Part shown: in pieces, positions 1 to 9,796 of the stretch | How positions within the stretch are numbered: the stretch's first letter is position 1 | How the letters are laid out: the number at the start of each line of letters is the position of its first letter | Origin: Myxococcales bacterium | GTDB lineage: Bacteria > Myxococcota_A > Polyangia > Polyangiales > Polyangiaceae | Reading direction: 5' to 3' | DNA: 64,000 bases | Assembly: GCA_043747615.1 (NCBI GenBank) | Contig: JAYTOU010000040.1 | Location: 10,541-74,540 of the forward strand | Position numbers and translations under genes: made by a program | Notes under the pieces: model-generated | Seen by the model: the letters and a program-made list of their open reading frames with translations, nothing else | Databases searched by the model: none | Told to the model about the DNA's origin: nothing

Positions 1-2353
1 GCTCCTTGAGGAGCGGCACGGCGTACGCGAGCTCGATGACTTGGTCGAAGTCGCGATAGGAAGGTGCGCCCTCGAGCATGAACGTTTGACCGGCTTCTTC
101 GTCGTGCTCGAGCGCTCGCTTCAGGAACGTTTGAATTTCGGTGTCGGCGATCTCGCCCTGCCACGGAATCTTCGGCGCGAGCGCCGGCAGCTTGTTGACG
201 TCGAAGGTCTTCCTCCAGTCGTTCTGCTTTTGGGTGAGCCCTTCGAAGCGGAGCAGGCGAACGTCAAAGGCCTCACGCTCAGCGGGGTCTTCTCGCTGTA
301 AGATCGGGACGTATTCCCGCGGAGGATCGCCACCGTCGCCCTCCTCAAGAATGTCGCGGATCTGATCGAGCACCGCTTTGAACGACGGATGCTCGATGAC
401 GTAGAGCTCCTCGTTCGTGATCGTCGCCGCCCCTTCGTCGTCGAGGATGGGCGGGTGCATCTTTCGGAGCCCGCGTCCGAGCGTCTGCTCGGTAAGCGTC
501 CGTGAATCACACGGCCGAAGCGGGACGATCACCTTGACGTTGCGGACGTCCCAGCCCTCTTTGAGCATCATCACGCTGACGACGACGTTGTACGGGTTCG
601 GGATCATCGACGGCCGCCCATCACCGTCTTTGCGGCCGCTCGGATCGGGGATCACGTCGTGATCGATGGCGTTGACCGCGCTCCGGACTTTCTCCCAGTC
701 GGCTTCGCTGCGGTTCTCTTTCTCGCCGATGTGGATCTCGAGCACCGTCGAGTGGACGTCGCCCGCCGCGTCCTTGAAGAGGAAAAGCGGCTCCCCGCCC
801 CCGACGCCGCGCGAATCTATGTAGCCCGTTGGCGTTCGCTCTGAGGAGATTTCGGCGGCGGGGTCGCCGTACCGGAGGTAGTTTGCGACCTCCTTCGCCT
901 CGGTCCTGCTGTCGCACAGTATGAACATGATGGGCTTCCGCTCATCCCCCTCGTCCTCGAACTGGAGACGGACCTTCTTCCATCGCTCGATCCCAGTGAC
1001 GATGATGTTCTTGTACTTCTCCCAGGCGTTCGGCTGCCCCTTCCGCTCGAGCGGCTCGAGCTCTCCCGTCGTCGCGTTCTTCACGACAACACGCTCGAGG
1101 ATCGGCTTCTTGACGATCCCATCCGGGATGGCGTCCTTGAGATCGTAGCGAACGACCGTGTGCCGAAAGAGGTCGAAGGGCTTGAACGCGAGCGCGGGGC
1201 TCTCGCTCTTGCTCGCGGCTTGCTTCCGCGACGCGCCCGCCTCTGCGTAGAGCGTGGCCGAGAGATCGACCTGGAGCGCGACACGCCCCGCCGTCGACGC
1301 GCTCCCATTCAGTCGGCGGAGCGAGCGGATCCAGGCCATGGCCTCCACGATCGGCTCCGTGGCATCGGCGTCCTCGGGCGTGAGCTTGGCGCGGTCGCGC
1401 GCGCGTTGTTCGAACTGGGCGTGCGCCGGCTCGTCGCCGACGTGGTGCGCTTCATCGTTCAATACGAGCAGACCGTTCGAGCGCGCGAAGCGCTCGAGGA
1501 GCGGCGATTCGATGGCTTCCAGCTTTGCCGGGTCGTCGTCGTCGAAGAGCATCTCCATCTGCCGCTCCTCGGGCGAGAGGTGCCGGAGATCCGGGGCCGC
1601 CTGCCGCGTGCGGAGGAGTTGGTGGTAGTTGGTGACGACGAGCGCCCCCTCCGCGGGATCGAGCTTCAGCGGGCACGTCGCCGGGGAGTAGACGCGGAGG
1701 TCCCACGCGCTCTCGAACTCCGGAGGGATCACGGGGTCCGACGAGAACACGCTCGGCGAGCCATCGGGCGGCGCAAAGTCCTGGAGCAGCCGATCGCGCA
1801 CGAAGAGGCCGGGAGCGATCACGATCGCATGGCGACCGAATCCGAGCGAGTTCTCGGGCTCTAGCACTGCGTTTAGGTACGCCCAGGCGATAAGAAGGCT
1901 CATCATCTTGGTCTTGCCCGAGCCTGTCGCGAGCTGGCCCCCGAGCTTCGCCCAAGGGTCGCGCTGCGGCTCGAGCGGGTCGACTCCGGCGAGCGTGTAG
2001 ATCTCCTCGGCGCGCCGGATGCCGCGGACCTCGTGGAGATATATGAGGGTCTCGACGAGGCGGCGCTGGTGCGGCCAGTATTTGAACGCGAACGTGCGCG
2101 GGGCGCGCCCGAGCAAATGCGGCTCGTGGCGAAACCAGTGCGCGAGAAGCGCGTGGCTCGTCATGCTGAGCGGTCGCTCGCCGTCCGTCGCCGGCTGATA
2201 CCGCGGCTCCTCCTCCGGGTACGGTTCCCTCGCACTTCCGAGGGGGAAGCCGCGCCACGCATCAACGAGTCGCGCAATCTCGGAGATGACCTTCGCTTGA
2301 CCTCGCGGCTCCTGCCCGCCGCCGTTCGTCGCGACCTTCTTCTTCGTGGCCAT
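1..2353 (-). CDS. res: Type III restriction enzyme Res subunit (SF2 helicase), 3'-truncated by the window edge
   Basis: Absent from the ORF track because it has no stop in the window. Hand translation from ATG 2353 (TGATG overlap with the mod stop) gives MATKKKV..., QLATGSGKT (Walker A), LNDEAHH (DEAH), DLSAT, MLKEGWDV and EQTLGRGLR. Open to position 2. Confidence 0.9.
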   Translation of the reverse strand, partial: MATKKKVATNGGGQEPRGQAKVISEIARLVDAWRGFPLGSAREPYPEEEPRYQPATDGERPLSMTSHALLAHWFRHEPHLLGRAPRTFAFKYWPHQRRLVETLIYLHEVRGIRRAEEIYTLAGVDPLEPQRDPWAKLGGQLATGSGKTKMMSLLIAWAYLNAVLEPENSLGFGRHAIVIAPGLFVRDRLLQDFAPPDGSPSVFSSDPVIPPEFESAWDLRVYSPATCPLKLDPAEGALVVTNYHQLLRTRQAAPDLRHLSPEERQMEMLFDDDDPAKLEAIESPLLERFARSNGLLVLNDEAHHVGDEPAHAQFEQRARDRAKLTPEDADATEPIVEAMAWIRSLRRLNGSASTAGRVALQVDLSATLYAEAGASRKQAASKSESPALAFKPFDLFRHTVVRYDLKDAIPDGIVKKPILERVVVKNATTGELEPLERKGQPNAWEKYKNIIVTGIERWKKVRLQFEDEGDERKPIMFILCDSRTEAKEVANYLRYGDPAAEISSERTPTGYIDSRGVGGGEPLFLFKDAAGDVHSTVLEIHIGEKENRSEADWEKVRSAVNAIDHDVIPDPSGRKDGDGRPSMIPNPYNVVVSVMMLKEGWDVRNVKVIVPLRPCDSRTLTEQTLGRGLRKMHPPILDDEGAATITNEELYVIEHPSFKAVLDQIRDILEEGDGGDPPREYVPILQREDPAEREAFDVRLLRFEGLTQKQNDWRKTFDVNKLPALAPKIPWQGEIADTEIQTFLKRALEHDEEAGQTFMLEGAPSYRDFDQVIELAYAVPLLKE

Positions 2354-4932
2354 CACGCCACCTCGCACGAGACGGTTGCGATCCCATCGTTGCCGAAAAC
2401 ATCCGTCACCCGCGCGGCGATCCGGTATTGGCCCGGCTCCGCGTATTTGAATTCGGCCATGAACGTGAGCGGCTCCACCTCGTTCGACTTGCGGAGTCGG
2501 AAACTCTGCCACTCGCTCTCGAAGATGGGCTTCTCATCACTTCCCGCGCGGTGGCCGTAGTCCCAATCGATCGCCCAGAAATCGATGAACTTCTGCCATG
2601 TGTCCGCCTTCTGAAGCCACGTGTTGAGCTCCTTCTCACGCGCGCTCCACTTGTCCCGCTCGGCCACGGCTTTTTTCCGCAACGTGGCGCTCATGCCATC
2701 CGTGATCCCTTTCAGGGCCGGTCGTTGGCTCTGCAGGAAGGATTGGATGTCGATCTCGCAGCGATCCAACGTGACGCGGGCGATCCGCCCAGTCGTCGAA
2801 ACCGCGAGCACGATTGAGAGCGGCGCGTAAAAGGCGGGGATCGCCATCGACTCGACGGCGCGCTCGCCACCCACCCGCATTATCTCGATCCTTCGGCGCA
2901 CCTCGTCGATGGCGCTGATCGGGATGACGCGGATCGTGATCTGGACGCCGGTCTTTTGCTTGACCGCGTCTTTGTCGCCCGCGGAGAGCGTGTCGAAGTC
3001 GGCCGAGAGGACGGTGACGGCCTTTGTGTCGGTGCGCGCCGCCTCGCGCGCGATGCTCCAGATCTGCGCCGACGAGACGGCGCCATCGAGCGGCCCGACG
3101 TGGACCCACTGGCCCTCTTTACGGCCGTGGAGGTACTGGCCCATGGCCGTTGGCTCGCCGCCGAAAACCTTGATCATCTCGTCGCGGTATTTGCTCTTCT
3201 GCGACTGGAAGTCCTGCCACTGCTCCGCGCGCTGATAGACGCCCATGTTCTCGACGGTGAAGGGTCGAACGTCGAAGGTCTCTCGCGTCTTTTGGGCTTT
3301 CTCCTTGCGCTCGATGTTCTTGCATTTGACGCACTCGACGTAATCGATTTGCGGATTTTCCAAAGGCTTTGGCTGAGCGTGAAGTTGGATGAGTCGTTTT
3401 CGTGACAGGTGGATTGCATACTTGCCGTTGTCGATCCCGATCCATCGACAGCCTAAGCGCTCCGCGGCTTCCGCCGACGTGCCCGATCCGATGAAGCAGT
3501 CAAGAACGAGCCCGCCGGGGGGGCAAGATGCCCTCAGAATGCGATCGACAAGTTCGATTGGCTTCTGGGTCGGATACCCCTGGCGCTCCGCCGCCTGAGA
3601 GTTTACCGGCGAGATGTCGGTCCAGATCGATTGAAGGGGCATCCCGTGGTCGTCGAGGAATCTCTTGAACCGAGGTTTCCCCCCGCGCTCGGGATAGTGA
3701 ATGAGTCCCTGCTCATCGAGCCTCGTCATGGTCTCCAACGAGTAGCGCCATCCCATTGTCGGCGATGGGTGGCCCTTCCAGTCGTACATCATGTTCGGCC
3801 GGGGGTTCGGGCTCTCAATGGAGGTGAGTTGGTAGCGGCGCCCGGACTTCGGATCGATCTGATTGTAGTGAGACTTGATGTATTCGATCGCGTGCGGCCC
3901 AAAAACTGGCTGCCAGTATGCCGAGGCGTTCCCGTATGCGAGCAGAGTGTCGTGAACCCGGTTGAAACCCTGCGCGTCTGATCGCGCGAACGTCCGCTTC
4001 CATACGATCTCTTCACGAAAACTTTCGTAGCCGAAGATCTCGTCCATCAAAACCTTCACGTAATGGACCGCGTGCCAGTCGAGATGGACGTAGATGCTCC
4101 CTGTCGGAGCCAAGAGCTCCTTCAGAAGCTCGAGCCGCCGCTTGATCATGCTCAAGAAGCTGTCGAGCCCTTGTCGCCACGTGTCGCGGTACGCCAGGTG
4201 CTCGACGAGAGACGGCTCCTTCTTCGCCTGCACGCCCCCCTCTTCGTCGATCTCGATCTCGATGGTGTTGTCGGCGCGAAAGTCGTTGTTCACCATGAAA
4301 GGCGGGTCGATGTAGATGAGGTCGACCTTCGCGCGGTACCGGTACTCCTTCGTCGCGGGATCCCTCTCGTCGAGGAGCGTCTGGAGCGCGACGAGGTTGT
4401 CGTTGGTCCAGATCAGGCGGTTTGGCGGAAGCTCGGTCGGGGGCCGCTCGCTCACGACGCGCACGTCGGTGTTGAATAAGGTGGCGCCGTGGTCGCGGGC
4501 GCGGCCGGGTCGGATGATCTCCACGACCTGCGTCGGCACGCTGACCACGGCCTCTTTCCGGTCCATCCCCTGCCAGGCGATGCGCGGCTTGCGTGGCTCG
4601 ACCGAGACTTCGAGCGTGAAATCGTCGGGCGCACGCGGGGCGGCCTGGGGGACGGCCTGGCCGGCGGGCGTCGCGGCGGTAAGGAGGCGCGCGACGAAGA
4701 CGGATTTCTCACGGCCGTCGCCCGGGAGGCCGAGGTCCTTGCACGCCGCCTTGAGCGACTCGTAGGCGAGCGCGGGGAGGATGCGCGCGAGGTCGGGAAC
4801 GACCGACGACGCGATCCGATCGAGGAGATCCTCCTTCGTCATCTTGCTGTTGACATCGAGCTCGGCGCGTCGGGCAATCTCGAAGAGCTCAGGTTTGCTA
4901 AGGGTCGTGAGAACGGCGCGCTTTGTGATCAT
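2353..4932 (-). CDS. mod: Type III R-M Mod subunit, beta-class amino (N6-A/N4-C) DNA methyltransferase
   Basis: IYIDPPF (motif IV) precedes YPTQKP and LDCFIGSGT (motif I). Translationally coupled to res. Likely start MITKRAV at 4932 rather than 5145. Confidence 0.9.
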   Translation of the reverse strand: MITKRAVLTTLSKPELFEIARRAELDVNSKMTKEDLLDRIASSVVPDLARILPALAYESLKAACKDLGLPGDGREKSVFVARLLTAATPAGQAVPQAAPRAPDDFTLEVSVEPRKPRIAWQGMDRKEAVVSVPTQVVEIIRPGRARDHGATLFNTDVRVVSERPPTELPPNRLIWTNDNLVALQTLLDERDPATKEYRYRAKVDLIYIDPPFMVNNDFRADNTIEIEIDEEGGVQAKKEPSLVEHLAYRDTWRQGLDSFLSMIKRRLELLKELLAPTGSIYVHLDWHAVHYVKVLMDEIFGYESFREEIVWKRTFARSDAQGFNRVHDTLLAYGNASAYWQPVFGPHAIEYIKSHYNQIDPKSGRRYQLTSIESPNPRPNMMYDWKGHPSPTMGWRYSLETMTRLDEQGLIHYPERGGKPRFKRFLDDHGMPLQSIWTDISPVNSQAAERQGYPTQKPIELVDRILRASCPPGGLVLDCFIGSGTSAEAAERLGCRWIGIDNGKYAIHLSRKRLIQLHAQPKPLENPQIDYVECVKCKNIERKEKAQKTRETFDVRPFTVENMGVYQRAEQWQDFQSQKSKYRDEMIKVFGGEPTAMGQYLHGRKEGQWVHVGPLDGAVSSAQIWSIAREAARTDTKAVTVLSADFDTLSAGDKDAVKQKTGVQITIRVIPISAIDEVRRRIEIMRVGGERAVESMAIPAFYAPLSIVLAVSTTGRIARVTLDRCEIDIQSFLQSQRPALKGITDGMSATLRKKAVAERDKWSAREKELNTWLQKADTWQKFIDFWAIDWDYGHRAGSDEKPIFESEWQSFRLRKSNEVEPLTFMAEFKYAEPGQYRIAARVTDVFGNDGIATVSCEVA

Positions 4933-5747
4933 AGGGCTCCCGAGGCGCCAAGAGGGACCCTCGATCGGACGATGGAAGACCCCCGAGAGATGCGCGTCAA
5001 GCGGCAAGCGCCGCGCGTTTACGTCGTGACGTTCCGGGGCAGATCTTTTCGACCAGCGTGCGGGCGGCGGACTTGTCTCTCGTCGCGACCGCCGCTGACT
5101 GAGTCGCGCAACGCGCACTCCCAACTTGACATGAAGCGCGTCCAACCTTCCCGAGGGTCGACGGGGCAGACGTCATCTTCCGACAGCTTCACGCGAGCGG
5201 CGGGCTCATCGCAGCGAACACATTCTCGATCCCCCGATCAGTAATGAAGGCGAAGGCGCTTGGATTCTCTGCGGTGGATGTACTTCTGTCTCCACCATGC
5301 GGCGATATGGCACGACGAGGTTCGCCCTACGCGCGCGGCGATTGCTAGTGGCAGGGGGATCAAGCCTTGAGCAAGGGGTGAGCATGCAGCGCCGGCGGTC
5401 GTACGGAGCTCGCTCCCCTTCCTTGCAGAGCTCGAGACACGAGTCTCGCGATGGTCGTAACCCGCAGGGATTCGGCGAGGGACTCCAGGTCGAGTCGAAG
5501 TCAATTCGAAGTGAGCGCTTGAAGTCTCCACTTCAAGTCCGCCTTCATCCCGCTAGCCTTCGTGCAGCGGCGGATCTGTGGCGCACCGCCGCGCCAATGC
5601 GAGGCGTCGGACGCTTGGTCCGACGAGGAGAAGAACGAGGCAGCGTTCCCCGCGCGCCTTCACGGTCTGCGACCCGCGTTTCGGTCGGTCGTTCAAAGGA
5701 CGGCGAGCTTGTGATCCTTGTGGGACGCGTTCACCCTGCTCGTTAGA

Positions 5748-6658
5748 ATGGCCCCTCGCGACGTTCATCCGAAGAAAACCTCCAAGGAACGTTCAGCAAA
5801 AGCTGCGCACGCGAAGGATTTGCGGCACCAGTATCCGCCGCTCTCTGACATCGAGCGGGGGGAGGTCAAGGGTGCGCTGCTCACCCTGCTCAAATGGGCT
5901 GTGGCCGACGAGCACTTCCCCGGCGCCTTGGGGGGCAAAGCGAGCTCTTCGAGCACTATCGTCTACTGTTGAGAAAGCTCGTTGGGCTTGTGGGCGAATG
6001 CAGCGACCGAGCGCCTCTTGGTCGCAAGGGCAAACATCTTGTGACGGCGCTCGACAAGGAACTCGCGCCGTACGCGGATGCGATCGAGCGCGAGCTCACG
6101 CGGTTTCAGGCCGGCAAGAGAACCGCCGAGTCCCTTCCGGAGGACTTTCACGTCGCGCTCGGAAAACGGTTTCCGAACGCAACTAGCCCAGCCCTACGAA
6201 CAATCATGAGTGTCTGGGGAGGCGATGGAAAGCAAAAATATGATCCGCGAAAGTGGATCAAAGATGGCCGCGGCCCACGAGAAACTGCACGTCGCCTGGT
6301 TGCTCAACTGGGGGCACGCGGTGCGCGAAATCTCGCAGCGTTCGACGCGTTGAGGGGGGGACCGCACGAGAACGCCTTCAACCTCTCCTTCTTCACGCAT
6401 GGATTGGAAGCGCCTAAGAGCAGCGTGCTTCGCTACGTAGTTGAGGGGCTTTACACCTCTGACGAAATTCTCCGCGTCGCGCTCGCCTCGCTTACCGCGA
6501 TGGACGATCGAGCCGACGTGAAGGCCGAGTTCGACGCTGTCCATCGGCAAATGTATGCGAAGGAGCATGCAATCGCGGAGCGCGGGATCGAGCTCTATTC
6601 TGTCGAGGAAGACGGGTCGCCTCGCCGGAAGCGGAGGCTTCGGCCCCGCGCGAAGTGA
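5748..6658 (+). CDS. Hypothetical protein, apparently split by a -1 frameshift at a G6 run (5930-5935)
   Basis: Frame A (MAPRDVHPKK...FPGALGG) and frame B (GGQSELFEHYRLLL...RPRAK, to stop 6658) join at TTGGGGGGCAAAG. No domain recognised. Confidence 0.5.
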
Positions 6659-6690
6659 TGGCGGACACTTCGCGCGCCGCCGGTCGGGCT

Positions 6691-6879
6691 CACGACAGAT
6701 CGACGCAATGACGATTCGCCTCTTCTCGCAGCGTTCCAATCGTTCATTTCGTCGGCTCCCACACGACACAATCGACGACGCGAGGGCTTCGTCAGCCGCC
6801 CTTCGACAATTCTCCGCGACCTAGAGATTGCGGATTCGGCGGGGTTCCTCGGTCCGTCATTAGTGTCGATTCGTCGAAG
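6691..6879. repeat. Cluster of imperfect direct and inverted CGAC/GTCG repeats, candidate replication origin
   Basis: cacgacagatcgacgcaatgacga (6691), cacgacacaatcgacgacg (6762), and an inverted copy ccgtcattagtgtcgattcgtcg (6854). Confidence 0.45.
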
Positions 6880-8440
6880 CCGCGACGCGCAGCATCGCAA
6901 CGTTCGGTTCGAAGGTTGGCGCAGGCGGACGCCCCAGTCTTCCGGTCGACGCTTGCGGCACGACCACCCGGGCGTAGCCGCGCTCTTCAAGCGTCCGTAC
7001 CGAGCGGGTTGCCTGCTCCGCGGTGGCGAAGGGCACGCCGCGCTGGACATCGCGGACCGAAAAGTTGCCCGCCACAGGTCCGCGGCGTTGAAGCCACCGG
7101 AGCGCCGCCTGCGCTTCGTCGTTGCTCCCGCCCTGGGCCATTTCCCCGAATGCGGCCAACGCGTGTGCCTCGAAATAGCGGCCGAGTACGATGGCCGAGT
7201 TCATGGTTTCCATGCTCACCAGCGTGGCCCAGGGGCAGCCGGAGCAGGCGTGCTGTGCGCAGTGAAGGACACCAGCGAGGCGCGCGACTGCGCCCGCGAG
7301 TTTGCCCGCCCAGTCGCCGATGCCCGCGAGGTCCCCGCGGTCGGGATGAAGACGTGGCTCGAGGTCGCGACAGAACGCTTCGTGCGCGGAAGCGGCCCCC
7401 TCGGACAAACGCAAGAGAGGCGCTGTATCCGGAGCTCGCTTGAGTGCGAGCATTGCGCGGACGCGGTCCGCGTAGTCGAGCATCACCCCCTCCGGCGCGG
7501 AGGCAGCCGCCGTGTTGCGCAAGCCGACGCGGGATGTCGGCAGGGAGTATAGAAAGCGACCGAGCAGGCCCCGACCACGAAAGGTTTTTTTCGACACCAG
7601 CGACCGCAAGACCTCGGGCTGAATGGCAAGCCCCAGTGTGAGGGCCGGATGCTGGAGAAGTTCCGATGGTCGACCTAGCCGATCTACGCGAACGTTTTCT
7701 CCGTTATGCGCCTTCAAGAAGACATCGAGGTTCGCGGTGCCGCTCGCGCTGTAGCGCCCGGCTATCGTGTCGAAGATGCCACCTTCGGCAGAAAGAATGG
7801 CCATGACGCCGCCGTGAGCTGCGAGAAGACTCCCGAGCTTCTCAGGCGTCACGTCATCGGCGATTAGCCGGGGAGACTCCGGAACGGAGTTCTCATCAAG
7901 CTCCTTCTTCAGTTCCCTTGCGCCACCATCGTCGGCTGTTGGGGACTTCGCGGCCACCCGCAGCGCTTGCTTGTAGCGCTCCTCGAGCAAAGTGCGTCTT
8001 CCCATGGCTTCAGCGATCTGAGGCTTCACGCGCTCTACGAGGTCCTTCTCGAACGCTTCCATGGGCGCGGTTACGTCGCTAAAGACCGCGCTCTTGCGTT
8101 CGGCTGGCGGTAGTACAACCGCGACGAAGAGGTTGAGTGGCTCGGTCCATCCCGGCTTCAAGAGGATACGGGCCTTCTTCGCGAGCGAGGCGGCTGCCAC
8201 GGCGAGCACGAGCGTTCCCGCCAAGTCGGGCGGCGTCTGCGTTGCCTCCGCTTCGGCGCGAACGAACGCCGCGAGCACGGGAGGGAGGGCGTCCACCGGA
8301 AACGGCGAGCGAGACCCATCGCTGAATGGAATCGCCGGCTCCCAGGCGGCGGATGGGGCGCTCATTTCCTCGGCATCCTCCTCTGGGTCGTGAGGGAGCG
8401 TCCCGTTCACGAGGCGCGCATTTTCGTCAACGTCACTCAT
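6860..8440 (-). CDS. DUF3987/YfjI-family P-loop protein (putative replicative helicase of the element)
   Basis: PFPVDALPP, EPLNLFVAVVLPPAERKS, DDVTPEKL, SAEGGIFD, NLDVFLKAH, IQPEVL, GLLGRFLY. Start MSDVDEN lies just after the primase stop. Confidence 0.8.
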   Translation of the reverse strand: MSDVDENARLVNGTLPHDPEEDAEEMSAPSAAWEPAIPFSDGSRSPFPVDALPPVLAAFVRAEAEATQTPPDLAGTLVLAVAAASLAKKARILLKPGWTEPLNLFVAVVLPPAERKSAVFSDVTAPMEAFEKDLVERVKPQIAEAMGRRTLLEERYKQALRVAAKSPTADDGGARELKKELDENSVPESPRLIADDVTPEKLGSLLAAHGGVMAILSAEGGIFDTIAGRYSASGTANLDVFLKAHNGENVRVDRLGRPSELLQHPALTLGLAIQPEVLRSLVSKKTFRGRGLLGRFLYSLPTSRVGLRNTAAASAPEGVMLDYADRVRAMLALKRAPDTAPLLRLSEGAASAHEAFCRDLEPRLHPDRGDLAGIGDWAGKLAGAVARLAGVLHCAQHACSGCPWATLVSMETMNSAIVLGRYFEAHALAAFGEMAQGGSNDEAQAALRWLQRRGPVAGNFSVRDVQRGVPFATAEQATRSVRTLEERGYARVVVPQASTGRLGRPPAPTFEPNVAMLRVAASTNRH

Positions 8441-8444
8441 GCGA

Positions 8445-9485
8445 TCACCCTCGCGACAAAGATCGGCGCACGGCGCAGCGCCCCGCGAGCGACGCGCGAA
8501 CACACTCGGCGTACCGATCGCCCGCCCGATCGTGGTCTGTTCGGATGATGACTCGAGAGCCCGACGGTACTCGTCGTGCAAACGCGTCTGACCACGAGCC
8601 GCCACCGACGCCGATCACGAGGGGTGCCGTTTCGTCTGCGTCCGAAAAGCGCGTCGCCCAAGTCAAAAAATCGGGCTCGCCTTCTGCAATGACGACACGA
8701 AGCGGAGCTTGCACCGCGGCGTGAGGGAACTGCGCACGGAGAAGTCCCACCGCGAACGGATCGGCGAGAACAAGTCCTGATGCTCGGTAACCCGCGGGCG
8801 GCAGGCGTTTTGGAGTCTCACCATTCGCAACGCGCCAAGCCCGCAACGACTTCATACGACCATGGGCGTCGTAAGCTGGAAGAATCAACCGGTGATCCGT
8901 TTCCACCCAGGTGCGACCCTGGTAGCGGGCCCAGCGCGGCAATTGGACGCTCATCGGCAGGACTCGCGCAAGGTCGCGATCGGTGATCGCCTCGACGTCC
9001 AAGGAGCGATGCTCAAGCATCATGCGCGCGTCTACGTCGTCGGTCGCGGGGAAGGCGGAATTCCAAACTTCGGAGACTTCCGTCTCGGGCGGATACTCGC
9101 GCGGCGGGGTCATGTCACGGTCGGGTCTTTTGGCGTGCACGTGAGGCACGTTAGAAGGCGTGGCGTCGACGAGATCCCAACGACCGCCGATCTCCGCGGC
9201 GAGACGTAGCACGTCGGGGAAATCGCCTTTTGTGTCGAGCCGATTCACCGCCGCGATGAGTGAAAGCGCGTCCCCGCTTTTCCCGCAGCCGTGACAGTAC
9301 GCAACGATCGTCCCTTCGCGCGCGGTCCACACCGCGCAAGAAGGCGTGCTTTCCTCGTGCCACGGACACGACACCTTGAACCCCGAACCTTCGCGACGAC
9401 ACGGCATCCCGAGTGCGGCGCAGAGCGCGGGCACGTCGGTGAGGCTATGTCGGATTTCGCGGGCCCGGCTCGAGCCCGGGCTCAC
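8445..9485 (-). CDS. DNA primase-like protein (CHC2 zinc finger plus TOPRIM)
   Basis: CPWHEESTPS...YCHGCGKSGD zinc finger; IAEGEPDF and TDHDRAG TOPRIM motifs. GTG start overlaps the xis stop (GTGA). Confidence 0.85.
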   Translation of the reverse strand: MSPGSSRAREIRHSLTDVPALCAALGMPCRREGSGFKVSCPWHEESTPSCAVWTAREGTIVAYCHGCGKSGDALSLIAAVNRLDTKGDFPDVLRLAAEIGGRWDLVDATPSNVPHVHAKRPDRDMTPPREYPPETEVSEVWNSAFPATDDVDARMMLEHRSLDVEAITDRDLARVLPMSVQLPRWARYQGRTWVETDHRLILPAYDAHGRMKSLRAWRVANGETPKRLPPAGYRASGLVLADPFAVGLLRAQFPHAAVQAPLRVVIAEGEPDFLTWATRFSDADETAPLVIGVGGGSWSDAFARRVPSGSRVIIRTDHDRAGDRYAECVRASLAGRCAVRRSLSRG

Positions 9486-9712
9486 AGGTCGAAGTCCGGT
9501 GTCATGTGCCGGGGCCTTGCCCCGGACGGCAGTTCGGCGACGCGCCGCGCCTCGACCCAGACGCGAAGTTCCTCGGGGACAAAGCGCACGAGCCGCCGGC
9601 CGAGGCGGACGTGTGGGATCTCACGGCGCGACACCATTGAGTAGAGCGTCCCCACACGAACGCCGAGAAATTGTGATGCTTGCACATACGTAAAAAGACT
9701 TGAATCGGACAT
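9482..9712 (-). CDS. Excisionase-like helix-turn-helix protein
   Basis: LFTYVQASQFLGVRVGTLYSMVSRREIPHVRLGRRLVRF. GGAGG precedes ATG 9712. Confidence 0.85.
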   Translation of the reverse strand: MSDSSLFTYVQASQFLGVRVGTLYSMVSRREIPHVRLGRRLVRFVPEELRVWVEARRVAELPSGARPRHMTPDFDL

Positions 9713-9767
9713 GCGTTCCTCCATCCCTTGCGGATGGTTGACGATGCCATGTGGTCTTGCGCTGTCT

Positions 9768-9796
9768 CCTGCAACTCGAGTGAGGCGAGTTGCAGG
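9768..9796. promoter_or_regulatory. Perfect 11-bp inverted repeat between int and xis (hairpin or operator)
   Basis: CCTGCAACTCG-AGTGAGG-CGAGTTGCAGG. Confidence 0.5.

Noticed and set aside
41..2560. Many short ORFs listed in the track at the left end
   Set aside because: All overlap the long minus-strand res frame, which carries full helicase motifs.
4933..5145. N-terminal extensions given by the track for mod (also hemD, hemB, DUF3987, gltE, 22726 and 57281 ORFs)
   Set aside because: Arg/Pro-rich, non-protein-like and mostly overlapping neighbours; better downstream starts exist.
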